From: Synechococcus sp.
Lineage (GTDB): Bacteria > Cyanobacteriota > Cyanobacteriia > PCC-6307 > Cyanobiaceae
NCBI GenBank assembly: GCA_047285805.1
Contig: JBJBCN010000002.1
Location: 960,001-1,024,000 of the forward strand
DNA: 64,000 bases
Direction: 5' to 3'
Of the stretch, positions 39,460-51,177 are shown one piece after another; positions within the stretch are counted from its first letter, which is position 1; every line of letters starts with the position of its first letter. Under the pieces are notes generated by a model. That model saw only the letters and a program-made list of their open reading frames with translations. It was not told the origin of the DNA and searched no databases. A program made the translations under genes and the position numbers.

Positions 39460-40031
39460 TGGGCAAGACCAGCACCCCACGGCGGCGAGAACTGCTCGCG
39501 CTGCTGCGGCAGCAGCCCCGGGGAAGGGCAAACCAAGAGCGCGGGCGGATCGAAACCCTGATCCAAGCCATCGAGCGCAGCCAGCCGGCCGACCTCTCGG
39601 ACCCCACCACCCAGGAGCTGCTGGAGGGGGTCTGGGAGTTGCGCTGGAGCACCAGCAAACAGACCTATCTCACTGTTGCCCCCTGGCTGGAGAACCTCCA
39701 GGGCCTGGCCCCCTCCCACGGCAAGGGCGTCAATCTGCTGCGCCTACCTGGCCCCCTGGGGGCCGTGGCGGGGATCGCCGTGGAAGCCGAGATCACCCTG
39801 GATCCTGACCGAGCCCAACGGGTGCAGGTGCGCTTTCGCCGCGGCGGCTGGGTGGGGCCAAGCCTGAGGGGGCACCGGCTGCAATGGCTCCACAGCGTCC
39901 AACAGTCCTTCCCGGCCTGGCTGGACATCACCGTCGTCGACCGGGAGCTGCGGATCTGCCGCGGCAATGCCGGAACCCTCTTCGCGCTGCTGCGGCGACC
40001 CGAGCTCCAGGTCAATCAACTGATCGCATAA
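39459..40031 (+). CDS. PAP/fibrillin family protein
   Basis: LLEGVWELRWST, AWLDITVVDRELRICRGNAGTLFAL. Confidence 0.85.
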   Translation: MGKTSTPRRRELLALLRQQPRGRANQERGRIETLIQAIERSQPADLSDPTTQELLEGVWELRWSTSKQTYLTVAPWLENLQGLAPSHGKGVNLLRLPGPLGAVAGIAVEAEITLDPDRAQRVQVRFRRGGWVGPSLRGHRLQWLHSVQQSFPAWLDITVVDRELRICRGNAGTLFALLRRPELQVNQLIA

Positions 40032-40323
40032 AGGGATCTCACAGTGGTCCCAAGAGACCCTTTATATTTCGTAAAGAGGTTTCTCGAAGCGGGCTGCAGC
40101 TCGCTTTTTTTGTGTCCTGTGCCTTTCGTAGCCAAGGGAGGGCCTCCACTCCTGTAGAGCTTTAACAGGCGAATTTGGCCCGGCCCTTTGGCACCAACCC
40201 TGTCCCTACTGGCTGGCTTCTGTCTGCTGGGCTTTGCCTTGCTGCAGCTGATCTTTAACTGGCTGAACTGAGCTGAATACACAGAAAGCTCAACCGCCTC
40301 AAGGGACGATTGAGCCGTTCAAA

Positions 40324-40395
40324 TGGGTCGTCTCAGATTCGAACTGAGGACCAATCGGTTAAAAGCCGAGTGCTCTACCGCTGAGCTAACGACCC
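40324..40395 (-). tRNA. tRNA-Lys (TTT)
   Basis: GGGTCGTTAGCTCAGCGGTAGAGCA-CTCGG-CTTTTAA-CCGAT...GTTCGAATC...ACGACCCA; CCA not encoded. Confidence 0.97.
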
Positions 40396-40525
40396 GCCCG
40401 AACTCAGGTTAGACACCATTGTTTGGGGGCGCCCACAACTGGACACCGAGTGAACGTATCACCCGGAGGTGCCCCGCTTCAAACCCCCTGAGAATGGGGG
40501 CCGAGTCGTCGTTTGCAGCACGCCC

Positions 40526-41044
40526 ATGGCCAGCGCTCCGTGGCCCACACCATCTGTTCATCCCGAGGCCTGGGTCGCGGAGAGCGCCGTGCTGGTCGGC
40601 GACGTTCAAATGGCCGCTGGCGCCAGCCTGTGGCCCACCGCGGTGGTCCGCGCTGATGTCTGCACGATCGTCATCGGAGAAGGAAGCAATGTCCAAGACG
40701 GGGCCGTGCTCCATGGCGACCCCGGTCAACCGGTCCTGATCGGGGCGGACGTGACCATCGGCCATCGCGCCGTCGTCCATGGCGCCACCCTTGGCGACGG
40801 CTGCCTGATCGGCATCGGCGCGATCGTCCTCAACGGGGTCAGCGTGGGCGAAGGGGCCCTGGTGGCCGCGGGAGCCGTCGTGACGAAGGATGTGCCGCCG
40901 CGAGCCCTGGTGATGGGCGCCCCAGCCCATATCAAGCGTGAGCTCACGGAAGAGCAGGCCGCCGAGCAGCGCGAGCACGCCCGCCGCTATCGCCAACTGG
41001 CGATGGCCCATGCGGGCCGCTCCACGGACCTGGGCTTCCACTGA
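40526..41044 (+). CDS. Gamma carbonic anhydrase family protein
   Basis: Hexapeptide repeats; [21 protein letters not shown]. Confidence 0.92.
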   Translation: MASAPWPTPSVHPEAWVAESAVLVGDVQMAAGASLWPTAVVRADVCTIVIGEGSNVQDGAVLHGDPGQPVLIGADVTIGHRAVVHGATLGDGCLIGIGAIVLNGVSVGEGALVAAGAVVTKDVPPRALVMGAPAHIKRELTEEQAAEQREHARRYRQLAMAHAGRSTDLGFH

Positions 41045-41144
41045 GGCGGCCAATTGCTGCGAATTCGATCAGCCCTTCAACGCATCAACCTGCGAGGGAG
41101 CGGATGTTCGTAAGATCTCGGCACTTCTGTTGTTGCCCCCAGTC

Positions 41145-41267
41145 ATGGACGCACGGCTCCTGCTTGTTGTGACCCCGATCCTTCTGGCCGCCAGCTGGGC
41201 TGTCTTCAACATCGGCCGTGCCGCTGTGGGCCAGCTGCAGATGATGCTCAAGCGCGCCAACGGCTGA
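41145..41267 (+). CDS. psbY: Photosystem II protein Y
   Basis: [32 protein letters not shown]. Confidence 0.93.
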   Translation: MDARLLLVVTPILLAASWAVFNIGRAAVGQLQMMLKRANG

Positions 41268-41326
41268 GGTCAATCGCCCACCCGCCGGCTCCTAGCTTGA
41301 TCACTTCAGGCGGACCCGGTTTTTGC

Positions 41327-42697
<1,371 letters not shown>

Positions 42698-42725
42698 GGT
42701 CCAGGCTGCTTCCGCCGCCCCCGCC

Positions 42726-44267
42726 GTGACCAATCCCTCCTGGGACGTGATCGTGATCGGCTCGGGCATCGGCGGCCTGGTCACCGCCTCCCAACTGGCG
42801 GCCAAAGGGGCCAAGACCCTGGTGCTGGAGCGCTACTTGATCCCGGGGGGGTCGGGAGGCAGCTTCCGCCGCGAGGGCTACACGTTTGACGTGGGCGCCT
42901 CGATGATCTTTGGCTTCGGAGAGAAGGGCCACACGAACCTGCTCACCCGGGCCCTGGGCTGTGTGGGCCAGCACTGCGAGACGGTCCCGGATCCCGCCCA
43001 ACTCGAATACCACCTGCCCGGAGGCCTGAATGTAGCCGTCGACCGGGACTACGAGGCCTTCATCGCCCGCCTCACGGGACTGTTCCCTCACGAAGCCAAG
43101 GGCATCCGAGTCTTTTATGACACCTGCTGGCAGGTGTTCAACTGCCTTGATGCGATGCCACTGCTGTCGCTCGAGGACCCGGCCTACCTGGCGAAGGTCT
43201 TCTTCAAGGCGCCCCTGGCCTGCCTGGGGCTGGCCCGCTGGCTGCCCTTCAACGTAGGCGATGTGGCCCGCAAACACATCCAGGACGAGCAGCTGCTGAA
43301 GCTGATCGACATGGAGTGCTTCTGCTGGAGCGTGATGCCAGCGGACCTCACGCCAATGATCAACGCCGGGATGGTCTTCTCGGATCGCCATGCCGGCGGC
43401 ATCAACTACCCCAAGGGAGGCGTTGGGGTGATCGCCGAGAAATTGGTAGCAGGCCTCGAGAGCTACGGCGGCGAGATCCGCTACAAGGCCCGCGTCACCG
43501 AGGTGCTGATCGAGAACGGCCTGGCCACCGGCGTGGTGCTTGCGGACGGCGAAACCATCCACGCCCGCCGCGTAGTGAGCAACGCGACCCGCTGGGACAC
43601 CTTTGCGGGCAATGGTTCGGTGCGCCAACCGCTGGTGGATGTCGCCCACACCCCCAAGACCGAAGCCACCTGGCGCCGGCGCTACAAGCCCTCCCCCTCC
43701 TTCCTCTCCCTGCACCTGGGGGTGGAGGCCTCGATGATTCCCGAAGGCTTCCACTGCCACCACCTCCTGCTGGAGGACTGGGCGGCGATGGAGGATGAAC
43801 AAGGAGTGATCTTTGTCTCAATCCCGACCCTGCTGGATCCCTCCCTGGCCCCGGAGGGGAGACACATCGTCCACACCTTCACCCCGAGTGACATCGCGGC
43901 CTGGACGTCGCAGAGCCCGAGCGCCTACAAGGCAAAAAAAACCGCCGATGCCGCTCGCCTGGTGCAGCGCCTCGAGGCGATCCTCCCGGGCCTGGGCGGC
44001 GCGATCCGCCACCAGGAGATCGGCACCCCCCGCACCCACCGCCGCTTCCTGGGACGCATGGGCGGCAGCTACGGCCCGATCCCGGCCCTGCGCCTGCCGG
44101 GCCTGCTGCCGATGCCCTTCAACCGCACGGGTCTGCAGAACCTCTACTGCGTCGGTGATTCCTGCTTCCCGGGGCAGGGCCTGAACGCGGTGGCCTTCAG
44201 CGGCTTCGCCTGCGCCCACCGCATCGGCGCGGACCTCGGCCTGAACCCCTGGGCCCTGCCGGACTAG
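42726..44267 (+). CDS. crtH: Carotenoid isomerase
   Basis: GSGIGG, FDVGASMIFG, GGINYPKGG, CFPGQGLNAVAFSG. Confidence 0.93.
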   Translation: MTNPSWDVIVIGSGIGGLVTASQLAAKGAKTLVLERYLIPGGSGGSFRREGYTFDVGASMIFGFGEKGHTNLLTRALGCVGQHCETVPDPAQLEYHLPGGLNVAVDRDYEAFIARLTGLFPHEAKGIRVFYDTCWQVFNCLDAMPLLSLEDPAYLAKVFFKAPLACLGLARWLPFNVGDVARKHIQDEQLLKLIDMECFCWSVMPADLTPMINAGMVFSDRHAGGINYPKGGVGVIAEKLVAGLESYGGEIRYKARVTEVLIENGLATGVVLADGETIHARRVVSNATRWDTFAGNGSVRQPLVDVAHTPKTEATWRRRYKPSPSFLSLHLGVEASMIPEGFHCHHLLLEDWAAMEDEQGVIFVSIPTLLDPSLAPEGRHIVHTFTPSDIAAWTSQSPSAYKAKKTADAARLVQRLEAILPGLGGAIRHQEIGTPRTHRRFLGRMGGSYGPIPALRLPGLLPMPFNRTGLQNLYCVGDSCFPGQGLNAVAFSGFACAHRIGADLGLNPWALPD

Positions 44268-45643
44268 ACCAATAGCCGCCAGTCTTGCGGCCCCAGTCTG
44301 CCGCCATCGGGCAGGGCTAGGGCGAAGTCGCGACTGCGATTAAGAACGAGCCGCCGCTGCGCGCTGCCGCTACCGCGTATCAACAACAGTCCGTCCTCCT
44401 CGAGCGGTTCCAGCTCGAGCGCCGCCGAACGCAGGGCCTGGTGCGCCTGCCGCATTTTGGCGAGTGAGCCGATGAAGGCGCTGAGGTCCGCAGGCGGGTC
44501 CCGCCAGGGGAAGGCTTCGCGGCAGGCCGGCTCCTCCCCACCAAAGAGGCCGGCCTCGGTGCCGTAATAGATCGAGGGGGCACCGGGCAAGGCAAAGAGC
44601 AGGACGAGCGCGAGCTTCAGGGCCGCCAGGTCCCCCTTGAGCATGTGCAGGGCCCTGGGCACATCGTGGCTATCGAGCAAGTTGAGCTGGGCGCAGTTCA
44701 CCTCGGGCCGGTACCAGCCCAGGGTGTCGAGAAGCAGCGCGCGATAGCGATCCGTGCTGAGGCATTGGTAGGGAATCGACTCCCGCCGATGGCCATCGGC
44801 CAGCTCCCCGGCACTGACCCAGCCGAGGCTGCCCCAGGCGATCCGGTAGTTCATCACCCCATCGAAGTGCTGCCCGCCGAGCCAGGGGCGCGCGTCCCCC
44901 CAGATCTCACCGACGATCCAGGCCTCGGGATTGACTGCGCGCACCTCCCGCCGGAATGCCTCCCAGAAATCGGGCTCCACCTCATCGGGTACATCGAGGC
45001 GCCAGCCATCAATGCCCCGCTCGATCCAGTGGCGTCCGACAGCGATCAGGTGTTCTTGAACCTGAGGGTTGGCGTGGTTGAACTTGGGCAGGGCCGGATC
45101 ACTCCACCAGGCGTGGTAACCGCAGGTCTCGCCAGGGCCGGGGTAAGCATTCAGCGGCCAGTGCTCGGTGATGAACCAATCGCGGTAGGGCGACACCGGG
45201 CCGTTCTCGAGCAGGTGATGGAAAGCCCAAAAGCCACGGCCGCAGTGGTTAAAGACCCCATCGAGCAGCAGGCGCAGGCCCCGGCGCTTGAGCTCGGCGA
45301 GCAGGGCCTCGAAGGCGGGCTCGCCACCTAGGAGCGGATCGACCTGGAAATAGTCGTAGGCGTGATAGCGGTGATTGGCGGCCGAACTGAAGATCGGATT
45401 GAGGTAGAGACAGCTGACCCCCATCCCTTGGAGGTGATCCAGGTGATCGAGCACGCCCCAGAGATCGCCCCCTTGGAACGCGCGTGGATCCGGAACACTG
45501 CCCCAGGGCTCCAGCGCCAGGCCTTTCTGCTGAGGTGAGCGGCCGCTGCGGCAGAAGCGATCGGGAAAGATCTGATAGACGACGGCCTCCGCGGCCCAGC
45601 GGGGGGGCAGAGCAAACGCCGCACTCACAGAAGCGGAGACCAT
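44264..45643 (-). CDS. GH13 alpha-amylase/neopullulanase family protein
   Basis: YQIFPDRF, DGVFNH, DGWRLDV, GEIW, DSHD. Confidence 0.92.
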   Translation of the reverse strand: MVSASVSAAFALPPRWAAEAVVYQIFPDRFCRSGRSPQQKGLALEPWGSVPDPRAFQGGDLWGVLDHLDHLQGMGVSCLYLNPIFSSAANHRYHAYDYFQVDPLLGGEPAFEALLAELKRRGLRLLLDGVFNHCGRGFWAFHHLLENGPVSPYRDWFITEHWPLNAYPGPGETCGYHAWWSDPALPKFNHANPQVQEHLIAVGRHWIERGIDGWRLDVPDEVEPDFWEAFRREVRAVNPEAWIVGEIWGDARPWLGGQHFDGVMNYRIAWGSLGWVSAGELADGHRRESIPYQCLSTDRYRALLLDTLGWYRPEVNCAQLNLLDSHDVPRALHMLKGDLAALKLALVLLFALPGAPSIYYGTEAGLFGGEEPACREAFPWRDPPADLSAFIGSLAKMRQAHQALRSAALELEPLEEDGLLLIRGSGSAQRRLVLNRSRDFALALPDGGRLGPQDWRLLV

Positions 45644-45680
45644 CTCAATAGGGTGGCAGCCCTTGACGCCCGCCGCCGCG

Positions 45681-45950
45681 ATGCCGAATTCCGAGGAGCT
45701 GGCCCGCTACCTCGAGCAGCGGGGCGAACTCTCCAAACCCTGGATGCTGCAGCTGCTGCGGCTAACCAAGCTGAAGGAGGCCAAAGACACGATGAACCCG
45801 GTGGCATTCGAAGCAAAACTGCGCGAGGCCCACGCCGATCTGATGCGATTGGGTGAGTTCTGGAAAGGCCGCGAGCAGGAAGTCTTCGGCGGGCGCTACC
45901 AACCCACGAGCGTGATCGAACCGCTCCCCCGTTCCCCGGAGGACCGATGA
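45681..45950 (+). CDS. Conserved hypothetical protein
   Basis: 89-aa ORF with ATGA overlap to the next gene. Confidence 0.7.
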   Translation: MPNSEELARYLEQRGELSKPWMLQLLRLTKLKEAKDTMNPVAFEAKLREAHADLMRLGEFWKGREQEVFGGRYQPTSVIEPLPRSPEDR

Positions 45951-46498
45951 TCGCGAAGCGCTATCCGATGGCGCCGCTGATTCGCTTCACGCTGGTCAGC
46001 CTCTACTTCGCCCTGGTCTTTCCCCTACCCTGGCTCGCGCCAGCCGAACTGCAGCCGTGGTTGATCGGCGCCCTGCCCCTGGGCTTCCTCCTGGTCTGGG
46101 CCCTAGTTAGCGAAGAGGTGAGCCTGACCGAGACCAGTCTGCAGGTGGGCTACCCCAGCTGGTGCTCCTGGTTGCTGCGCCGCGGTTGGTCCCTGAACTG
46201 GGATCAAGTGAAAGGGCTCACGCCGGTGGCCACGAGCCAGGGGGGGCGCGTCTTCTACGTGAGAACGGAAGACGGCTCGGCCTATCTGCTCCCCCAAAGG
46301 GTGCAAGCCTTCGAGGGGTTCCTGGGCCAGTTCAGTCTGAAGACCGGCCTTGACACCAGCTCTATCGGCTGGATCAGCCCACCCTGGACCTACCAGCTCC
46401 TGGCCGGTCTCTGCGTTGCGATGCTGGTCTTCGAGGCGATGTTCGGCTGGTACCTACTCAGCGGGCGATGGGAGCTCCCGGCAGCGGCGCTGGGCTGA
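45947..46498 (+). CDS. Conserved membrane protein
   Basis: Two N-terminal TM helices, beta-rich middle, C-terminal TM helix. Confidence 0.7.
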   Translation: MIAKRYPMAPLIRFTLVSLYFALVFPLPWLAPAELQPWLIGALPLGFLLVWALVSEEVSLTETSLQVGYPSWCSWLLRRGWSLNWDQVKGLTPVATSQGGRVFYVRTEDGSAYLLPQRVQAFEGFLGQFSLKTGLDTSSIGWISPPWTYQLLAGLCVAMLVFEAMFGWYLLSGRWELPAAALG

Positions 46499-47210
46499 GA
46501 CCATCGGCAGGGATGGTGTCGAGGCTGAAGCGGTAACCCTGCTGCCGCACAGTCTCGATGCCGCCGCCTTCGCCGAGGCCGGCCTGCTCCAACTTGCGCC
46601 GCAGGGTGAGCACCTGGGTATCCACCGAGCGTGGGCCCCCGCTGAAAGGGGGCCAGGCCATGCGCAGCAGCTCACTGCGGCTGCGAATGATACCGGGCGG
46701 CATCAGCAGGGCGCATAGCAGGGCGAACTCCCGCGGGCTGAGTTCGACGGGTTGATCCCGCAGGGTGACCTGACGCAGCAGGACGTGCACCTCAAGCGGG
46801 CCGACACAGACCCGCTCCTGCAGACCGGTGCCACTGCGGCGCAACAGCAAGCGGCAGCGGGCCGCGAGTTCTTCGAGACCGAAGGGTTTACGAAGGACGT
46901 CGTCGGCGCCGGCATCCAACAAGGAGACAACCGGCTCGGATCCGGAGCGCGCCGTGAGCACCATGACGGGACAGCGCAGCTGACCGGCCAACTTCAGGGC
47001 CGAGGTTTCCTCGAGCAGTTCAGCAGCGACGAGGAGGTCGGGGGTTAGGTCATCACAGAGAGTGATCGCTTCAGAGGCGGTGGAGACGGCGGCGGTGAGG
47101 TGACCGTCTTGGCGCAAACGCTGGGCCAGGACCGTGCGCAAGGTGGGGTGGGGATCCACCACCAGAACCCGTTTCAGATCCGATTCAGGGCTGGGAGGTG
47201 TAGAGGACAC
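46458..47210 (-). CDS. OmpR-family response regulator with an atypical receiver
   Basis: LTAR, GADDVLRKPFGLEEL, LSPREFALL, RSVDTQVLTLRRKL, IETVRQQGYRF. Confidence 0.9.
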   Translation of the reverse strand: MSSTPPSPESDLKRVLVVDPHPTLRTVLAQRLRQDGHLTAAVSTASEAITLCDDLTPDLLVAAELLEETSALKLAGQLRCPVMVLTARSGSEPVVSLLDAGADDVLRKPFGLEELAARCRLLLRRSGTGLQERVCVGPLEVHVLLRQVTLRDQPVELSPREFALLCALLMPPGIIRSRSELLRMAWPPFSGGPRSVDTQVLTLRRKLEQAGLGEGGGIETVRQQGYRFSLDTIPADGLSPAPLPGAPIAR

Positions 47211-47316
47211 GCCCTTCTCTTTGATTCTCACTACGCTATCGGTAATTTCTTAGGCACATCGGTATCAAGCGCTGCCTTGATATCTGGCCACCGGGTCGAG
47301 GCCCTCTTCTCGAACC

Positions 47317-47583
47317 ATGACCGCACTGCAGAACCCCGAAGCCATCCGCCACTTCCAGTCCCTTTGCGATGCCTGCCAGGCCCTGGCGGATCGCTACCAC
47401 GGGCCCTCGGAACTCCGGCTGTATGCCGACGGCTATCTGCACGCCCTGCGCCGCACGGCGGTACTCGACCCCATCGCCCAGCGCCGCCTGGAGGAACTGG
47501 TGGACCGCTGGATCATGGATCCCTCCAGCTTCATCGGCCCCAACGGTGATCTGAGTACCCTCTACGAGACAGGTCGGAACTAG
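47317..47583 (+). CDS. Conserved cyanobacterial small protein (DUF6761-like)
   Basis: AIRHFQSLCDA...ELRLYADGYLHALR...WIMDPSSF. Confidence 0.7.
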   Translation: MTALQNPEAIRHFQSLCDACQALADRYHGPSELRLYADGYLHALRRTAVLDPIAQRRLEELVDRWIMDPSSFIGPNGDLSTLYETGRN

Positions 47584-47587
47584 GACA

Positions 47588-47613
47588 ACAAAAGGGCCCA
47601 CGGGCCCCTTTGT
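47588..47613. terminator. Probable bidirectional terminator
   Basis: ACAAAAGGGCCC-AC-GGGCCCCTTTGT between convergent genes. Confidence 0.65.
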
Positions 47614-47616
47614 GAT

Positions 47617-47940
47617 TCAGCTGGCGAGGGCAATCGCGAGCTTTTCTTTGAGTTCCCCGGAGTTGTACATCTCGATGAGGATGTCTGAGCCGCCAATGAA
47701 CTCCCCATTCAAATAGACCTGGGGAATGGTGGGCCACTCGGAGTACTCCTTGATGCCCTGACGGATCTCCATATCCGAGAGGACGTCAAAGGTCTCGAAG
47801 GGAACAGCCATGGCATTGAGGATCTGCACCACGTTGTTGCTGAAGCCGCACTGGGGCATCAACTTGCTTCCCTTCATGAAGACGAAGATCGGGCTGCTGC
47901 CGACCAGCTGATCGAGGCGTTGCTTGAGGGCGGAATCCAT
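47617..47940 (-). CDS. grxD: Monothiol glutaredoxin (Grx4 type)
   Basis: FMKG, CGFS, WPTIPQ, GGSD. Confidence 0.95.
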   Translation of the reverse strand: MDSALKQRLDQLVGSSPIFVFMKGSKLMPQCGFSNNVVQILNAMAVPFETFDVLSDMEIRQGIKEYSEWPTIPQVYLNGEFIGGSDILIEMYNSGELKEKLAIALAS

Positions 47941-47956
47941 GGGACGTGTCGAGAAA

Positions 47957-48190
47957 TCAGGAGGGAGTGGAGGTCTGCAGGGCGAGGGCGTGAATCGCTT
48001 CGCTGGCCAGCTCGGAGCGCAGCGCGCCGTAGACCAACTGGTGCTGCTTGATCCGGCTGAGACCCTCAAAAGCGGAGGAGACCACCTTCACCTGCAGGTG
48101 GTCTCCTCCGCCGGTGAGATCTTCCACCTCAACGCAGGCATCGGGAAGGGCAACACCAATGGCGGCCTTCACCTGGTCGGGATGAACCAT
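47957..48190 (-). CDS. bolA: BolA family protein
   Basis: [24 protein letters not shown]; adjacent to grxD. Confidence 0.92.
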   Translation of the reverse strand: MVHPDQVKAAIGVALPDACVEVEDLTGGGDHLQVKVVSSAFEGLSRIKQHQLVYGALRSELASEAIHALALQTSTPS

Positions 48191-48236
48191 GACCTCAGAT
48201 CCGTGAGCTTGGGACTGTAAGAAGACGGGGCTGAAC

Positions 48237-48764
48237 TCAGTTGCCCGCGGCCGAACCACCAGCGAAGGGGGTGGTGACGAAGCCCAGCTCAAGCAGGCTC
48301 TGATAAGCCTTCTGGCCCATGGGATTCGCCGGGGTGGTGATCTGGACCACCTCCACCAGCAGGGGCACCGCCGCTGCGGGCTGGTTCATCCGGCGTAGCA
48401 GGGCGGCCAGGCGCAGGTCGATCTTGGCCTGCAGTTCCAAGGCGTCACGGCCCTTCTGATCCATCTCGCGGGGGATGCGGGCATCGAGGCCGCGGAAGGA
48501 ACCGCTGAGGCTGCGGTAGAAGCGTGTCAGGTTCTGAGCGCCTTCCCGGGCGGAGTCGTAGTCGGCCTTGGCCTGCTCCAGGTTCCCAGCTGCGGCGGCG
48601 GTATCACCGGCGGACACCTTGGCCTCGATGGCACTGAGATTCAGCCCCGAGCTGGAGGAAGCCAGAACCTTTTGGGCGTCCTGGGCCAGGGCAGATTGGG
48701 AGACCAGGCCAGGGACAACCGCCGCAAGGGCGGAGAGGCTGAAGGCGGCGAGCTGCCGGCGCAC
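48237..48764 (-). CDS. Conserved secreted helical protein
   Basis: Signal peptide ending [12 protein letters not shown] motif. Confidence 0.7.
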   Translation of the reverse strand: MRRQLAAFSLSALAAVVPGLVSQSALAQDAQKVLASSSSGLNLSAIEAKVSAGDTAAAAGNLEQAKADYDSAREGAQNLTRFYRSLSGSFRGLDARIPREMDQKGRDALELQAKIDLRLAALLRRMNQPAAAVPLLVEVVQITTPANPMGQKAYQSLLELGFVTTPFAGGSAAGN

Positions 48765-48790
48765 GGGACCACTTGCGAAGTGATTGAACT

Positions 48791-49510
48791 CTACGGGCGT
48801 TGCAAAGGGCGCCCAACCGCCTGCCGTGCTAGGTGCTCGGCGGCCTGTAGCTGTTCAGTGAGCTCGGCGGTCAAGGCATTGATATGCTCTCGCTCGGGAC
48901 CAGCCAGGCGCAGCACGGGTCCAAAGCAGAGGGCGGCCTGGTCGACCAAGCGGGGCTTGGCATGGCCGTAGGCGATCCCCACGGGCACCACCTGGACCGC
49001 CACCCCTTGACCCTCCGCCAGGGCGGTCAAGCGCGCCAGGCCGGGCATGAGGCGCATGGCGGGATCGTTCTGGTTGATCTTCCCCTCGGGGAACATCACC
49101 AGCTGATTTCCCCCCTCCAGCAGATCCACGGCAAAGCGCAGCGAGGCCGCCGCGGGCTTGCGGGGGTTCACCGGGAAGCAGCCCAGGCGATGCAGGAACC
49201 AGCCCTGGAGGCCTGTCATCTCATCACTGGTGACCATGAAACGGCAGTCCCGGCCGGTGACCCGGCGACCGGCAGCATGGGGAAGCATCAGGGCATCCCA
49301 GCGGGAGCGGTGGGTCGGTGCCAGCAGCACCGGGCCTTCGTCAGGCAGGTTCTCCCGGCCCAAGACCATCAGACCGCCGCCAAAGAAGCCCTTCAGGGCG
49401 ATGTCCTGGGTAAGCACCATCGCCACGGGCGCCAACCAGGGGTTGATGCCGTTGCAGAGACTCTTCTCCCGCTCTGTGAGGGCCACCGATGCCGTGCCTG
49501 AAGCCGTCAT
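48791..49510 (-). CDS. Lysophospholipid acyltransferase (PlsC family)
   Basis: HRSRWD (HxxxxD) and FPEG motifs. Confidence 0.9.
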   Translation of the reverse strand: MTASGTASVALTEREKSLCNGINPWLAPVAMVLTQDIALKGFFGGGLMVLGRENLPDEGPVLLAPTHRSRWDALMLPHAAGRRVTGRDCRFMVTSDEMTGLQGWFLHRLGCFPVNPRKPAAASLRFAVDLLEGGNQLVMFPEGKINQNDPAMRLMPGLARLTALAEGQGVAVQVVPVGIAYGHAKPRLVDQAALCFGPVLRLAGPEREHINALTAELTEQLQAAEHLARQAVGRPLQRP

Positions 49511-49644
49511 CGGACTGGGAACCCTCGCAAAAACTGTCGACGCAAACTAGGGGCGAACCCCGGGCGATAGCCCGTGGGGCAGGCACTTAATCGAGCGGGC
49601 CCGGGGGCGCCATCCATAGGATCCGCCTAGAAGCAGCGGTTGCC

Positions 49645-50394
49645 ATGGCGAGCCTTGGCGTCAACATCGATCACATCGCCAATGTGCGCCAGGCCCGCCG
49701 CACGGTCGAACCTGACCCGGTGACCTACGCCCTTCTGGCCGAACTGGGCGGCGCCGATGGCATCACGGTGCACCTGCGCGAGGACCGGCGCCACATCCAG
49801 GACCGGGATGTTGAGTTGCTGCGTCAGGTGGTCCACAGCCGCCTGAACCTTGAAATGGCGGCGACCGCCGAGATGGAGGCGATTGCCCTGCGGATCAAGC
49901 CCGACATGGTCACCCTGGTGCCCGAGAAGCGCGAGGAGGTCACCACCGAAGGTGGCCTGGATGTGGCAGGGCAACTCATCAGCATCAAGGGGATCGCCGG
50001 CCGTCTTCAGGACGCCGGCATTGGCGTGAGCCTATTTGTCGACGCCGAGCCTGCCCAGCTGGAGGCCTGCCAGGCCAGCGGTGCCCGCTGGGTGGAGCTG
50101 CACACCGGCACCTACGCCGAAGCCAACTGGCAGCAACAGGCCAAGGAATTGGCGCGGATCACCGAGGGCACCTTTATCGCCCGCAGCCTGGGCCTGCGGG
50201 TCAACGCCGGCCACGGCCTCAGCTACCAAAACGTTGAGCCGATCGCCGGCATCGAAGGGGTGGAGGAGCTCAACATCGGCCACACCATCGTGGCCAGGGC
50301 CCTGGCGGTGGGCCTGGAGGAGGCCGTGCGGCAGATGAAGGCTTTGGTCCAGAATCCCCGCCGGGAACCCCTCTTCGGCAGCACCAGTTCATGA
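49645..50394 (+). CDS. pdxJ: Pyridoxine 5'-phosphate synthase
   Basis: [36 protein letters not shown]. Confidence 0.97.
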   Translation: MASLGVNIDHIANVRQARRTVEPDPVTYALLAELGGADGITVHLREDRRHIQDRDVELLRQVVHSRLNLEMAATAEMEAIALRIKPDMVTLVPEKREEVTTEGGLDVAGQLISIKGIAGRLQDAGIGVSLFVDAEPAQLEACQASGARWVELHTGTYAEANWQQQAKELARITEGTFIARSLGLRVNAGHGLSYQNVEPIAGIEGVEELNIGHTIVARALAVGLEEAVRQMKALVQNPRREPLFGSTSS

Positions 50395-50711
50395 CCAAGT
50401 ACCACTTCGTGGCCGCCAGTGAGGCCTTCCTCACCGTGGAAGAGCCCCTTGATGAAGTGCTGCGCGAGCGTGTCCGCAATTACGGCGAACAGGGCAAGGC
50501 GATCGACTTCTGGCTGGTGAAGCGCCCCGCGTTCCTGCAGGCCCCCGAGCTCAAGGCAATCGCCGATCAGGTGCCCCAGCCAGCCGCTGCCGTGGTGTCC
50601 ACCGATCCGAAGTTCATCGACTTCATGAAGCTCCGCCTGGAGTTCGTCGCCAAGGGCAGCTTCGAAGCCCCCTCCAGTGCGATCCCCGACGCCCTGGCCA
50701 GCGCCGCCTGA
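50391..50711 (+). CDS. ycf54: MgPME cyclase auxiliary protein Ycf54
   Basis: [20 protein letters not shown]...DFWLV...KLRLEFV. Confidence 0.9.
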   Translation: MTKYHFVAASEAFLTVEEPLDEVLRERVRNYGEQGKAIDFWLVKRPAFLQAPELKAIADQVPQPAAAVVSTDPKFIDFMKLRLEFVAKGSFEAPSSAIPDALASAA

Positions 50712-50713
50712 GC

Positions 50714-51073
50714 TCAGAAGAGGCCTAGGAACTTCTTGCGGGGCTCTTCTACCTGGGACCTGCCCTGGGCTCCGTCTTGCTGATAACGGGGCTTGGCATC
50801 ACCAATGGTGAGCACTGCCTCCTTGTTCTTCCACCAGACCCAATCGCGGATCGGAGGCGTGCGGGTCAGGTCCGCCTGGGTCAACCCCAGACCCAACTTG
50901 GAAGAGGCGTTCAACAGCACCTCCACCATCTCGTCGCCGTTGGCGCACTTGGCGAGCGCTTCGTTGGTGCGCTTAGCCCCATCCAGGGCTTTCACCAAAA
51001 TCGCCACCCGCTGACTCACAGAGAGGCTGCGCGGGTCCACCGGCTGGGAGCTCTGGGGGGTCTCGTTTTCCAT
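50714..51073 (-). CDS. Conserved hypothetical protein
   Basis: 119-aa ORF, PPIRDWVWWK, ends KKFLGLF. Confidence 0.7.
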   Translation of the reverse strand: MENETPQSSQPVDPRSLSVSQRVAILVKALDGAKRTNEALAKCANGDEMVEVLLNASSKLGLGLTQADLTRTPPIRDWVWWKNKEAVLTIGDAKPRYQQDGAQGRSQVEEPRKKFLGLF

Positions 51074-51177
51074 CCAGAGGAGCGACGTTATGGCGACGTT
51101 ATCCCGTTTTCAGCGCTTGAGAGGGGATGCCTACAAGGGGATGACAGATCGTCAAGGCTCCGTACAGAGTGGGAGGT

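Noticed and set aside
37570..39531. 653-aa desaturase fusion
   Set aside because: The N-terminal extension is antisense to the genes at 38758-40031; desaturase homology starts near 38703
50714..51073. Weak resemblance to Nif11-type leader peptides
   Set aside because: No double-glycine cleavage motif, core peptide or modifying enzyme nearby
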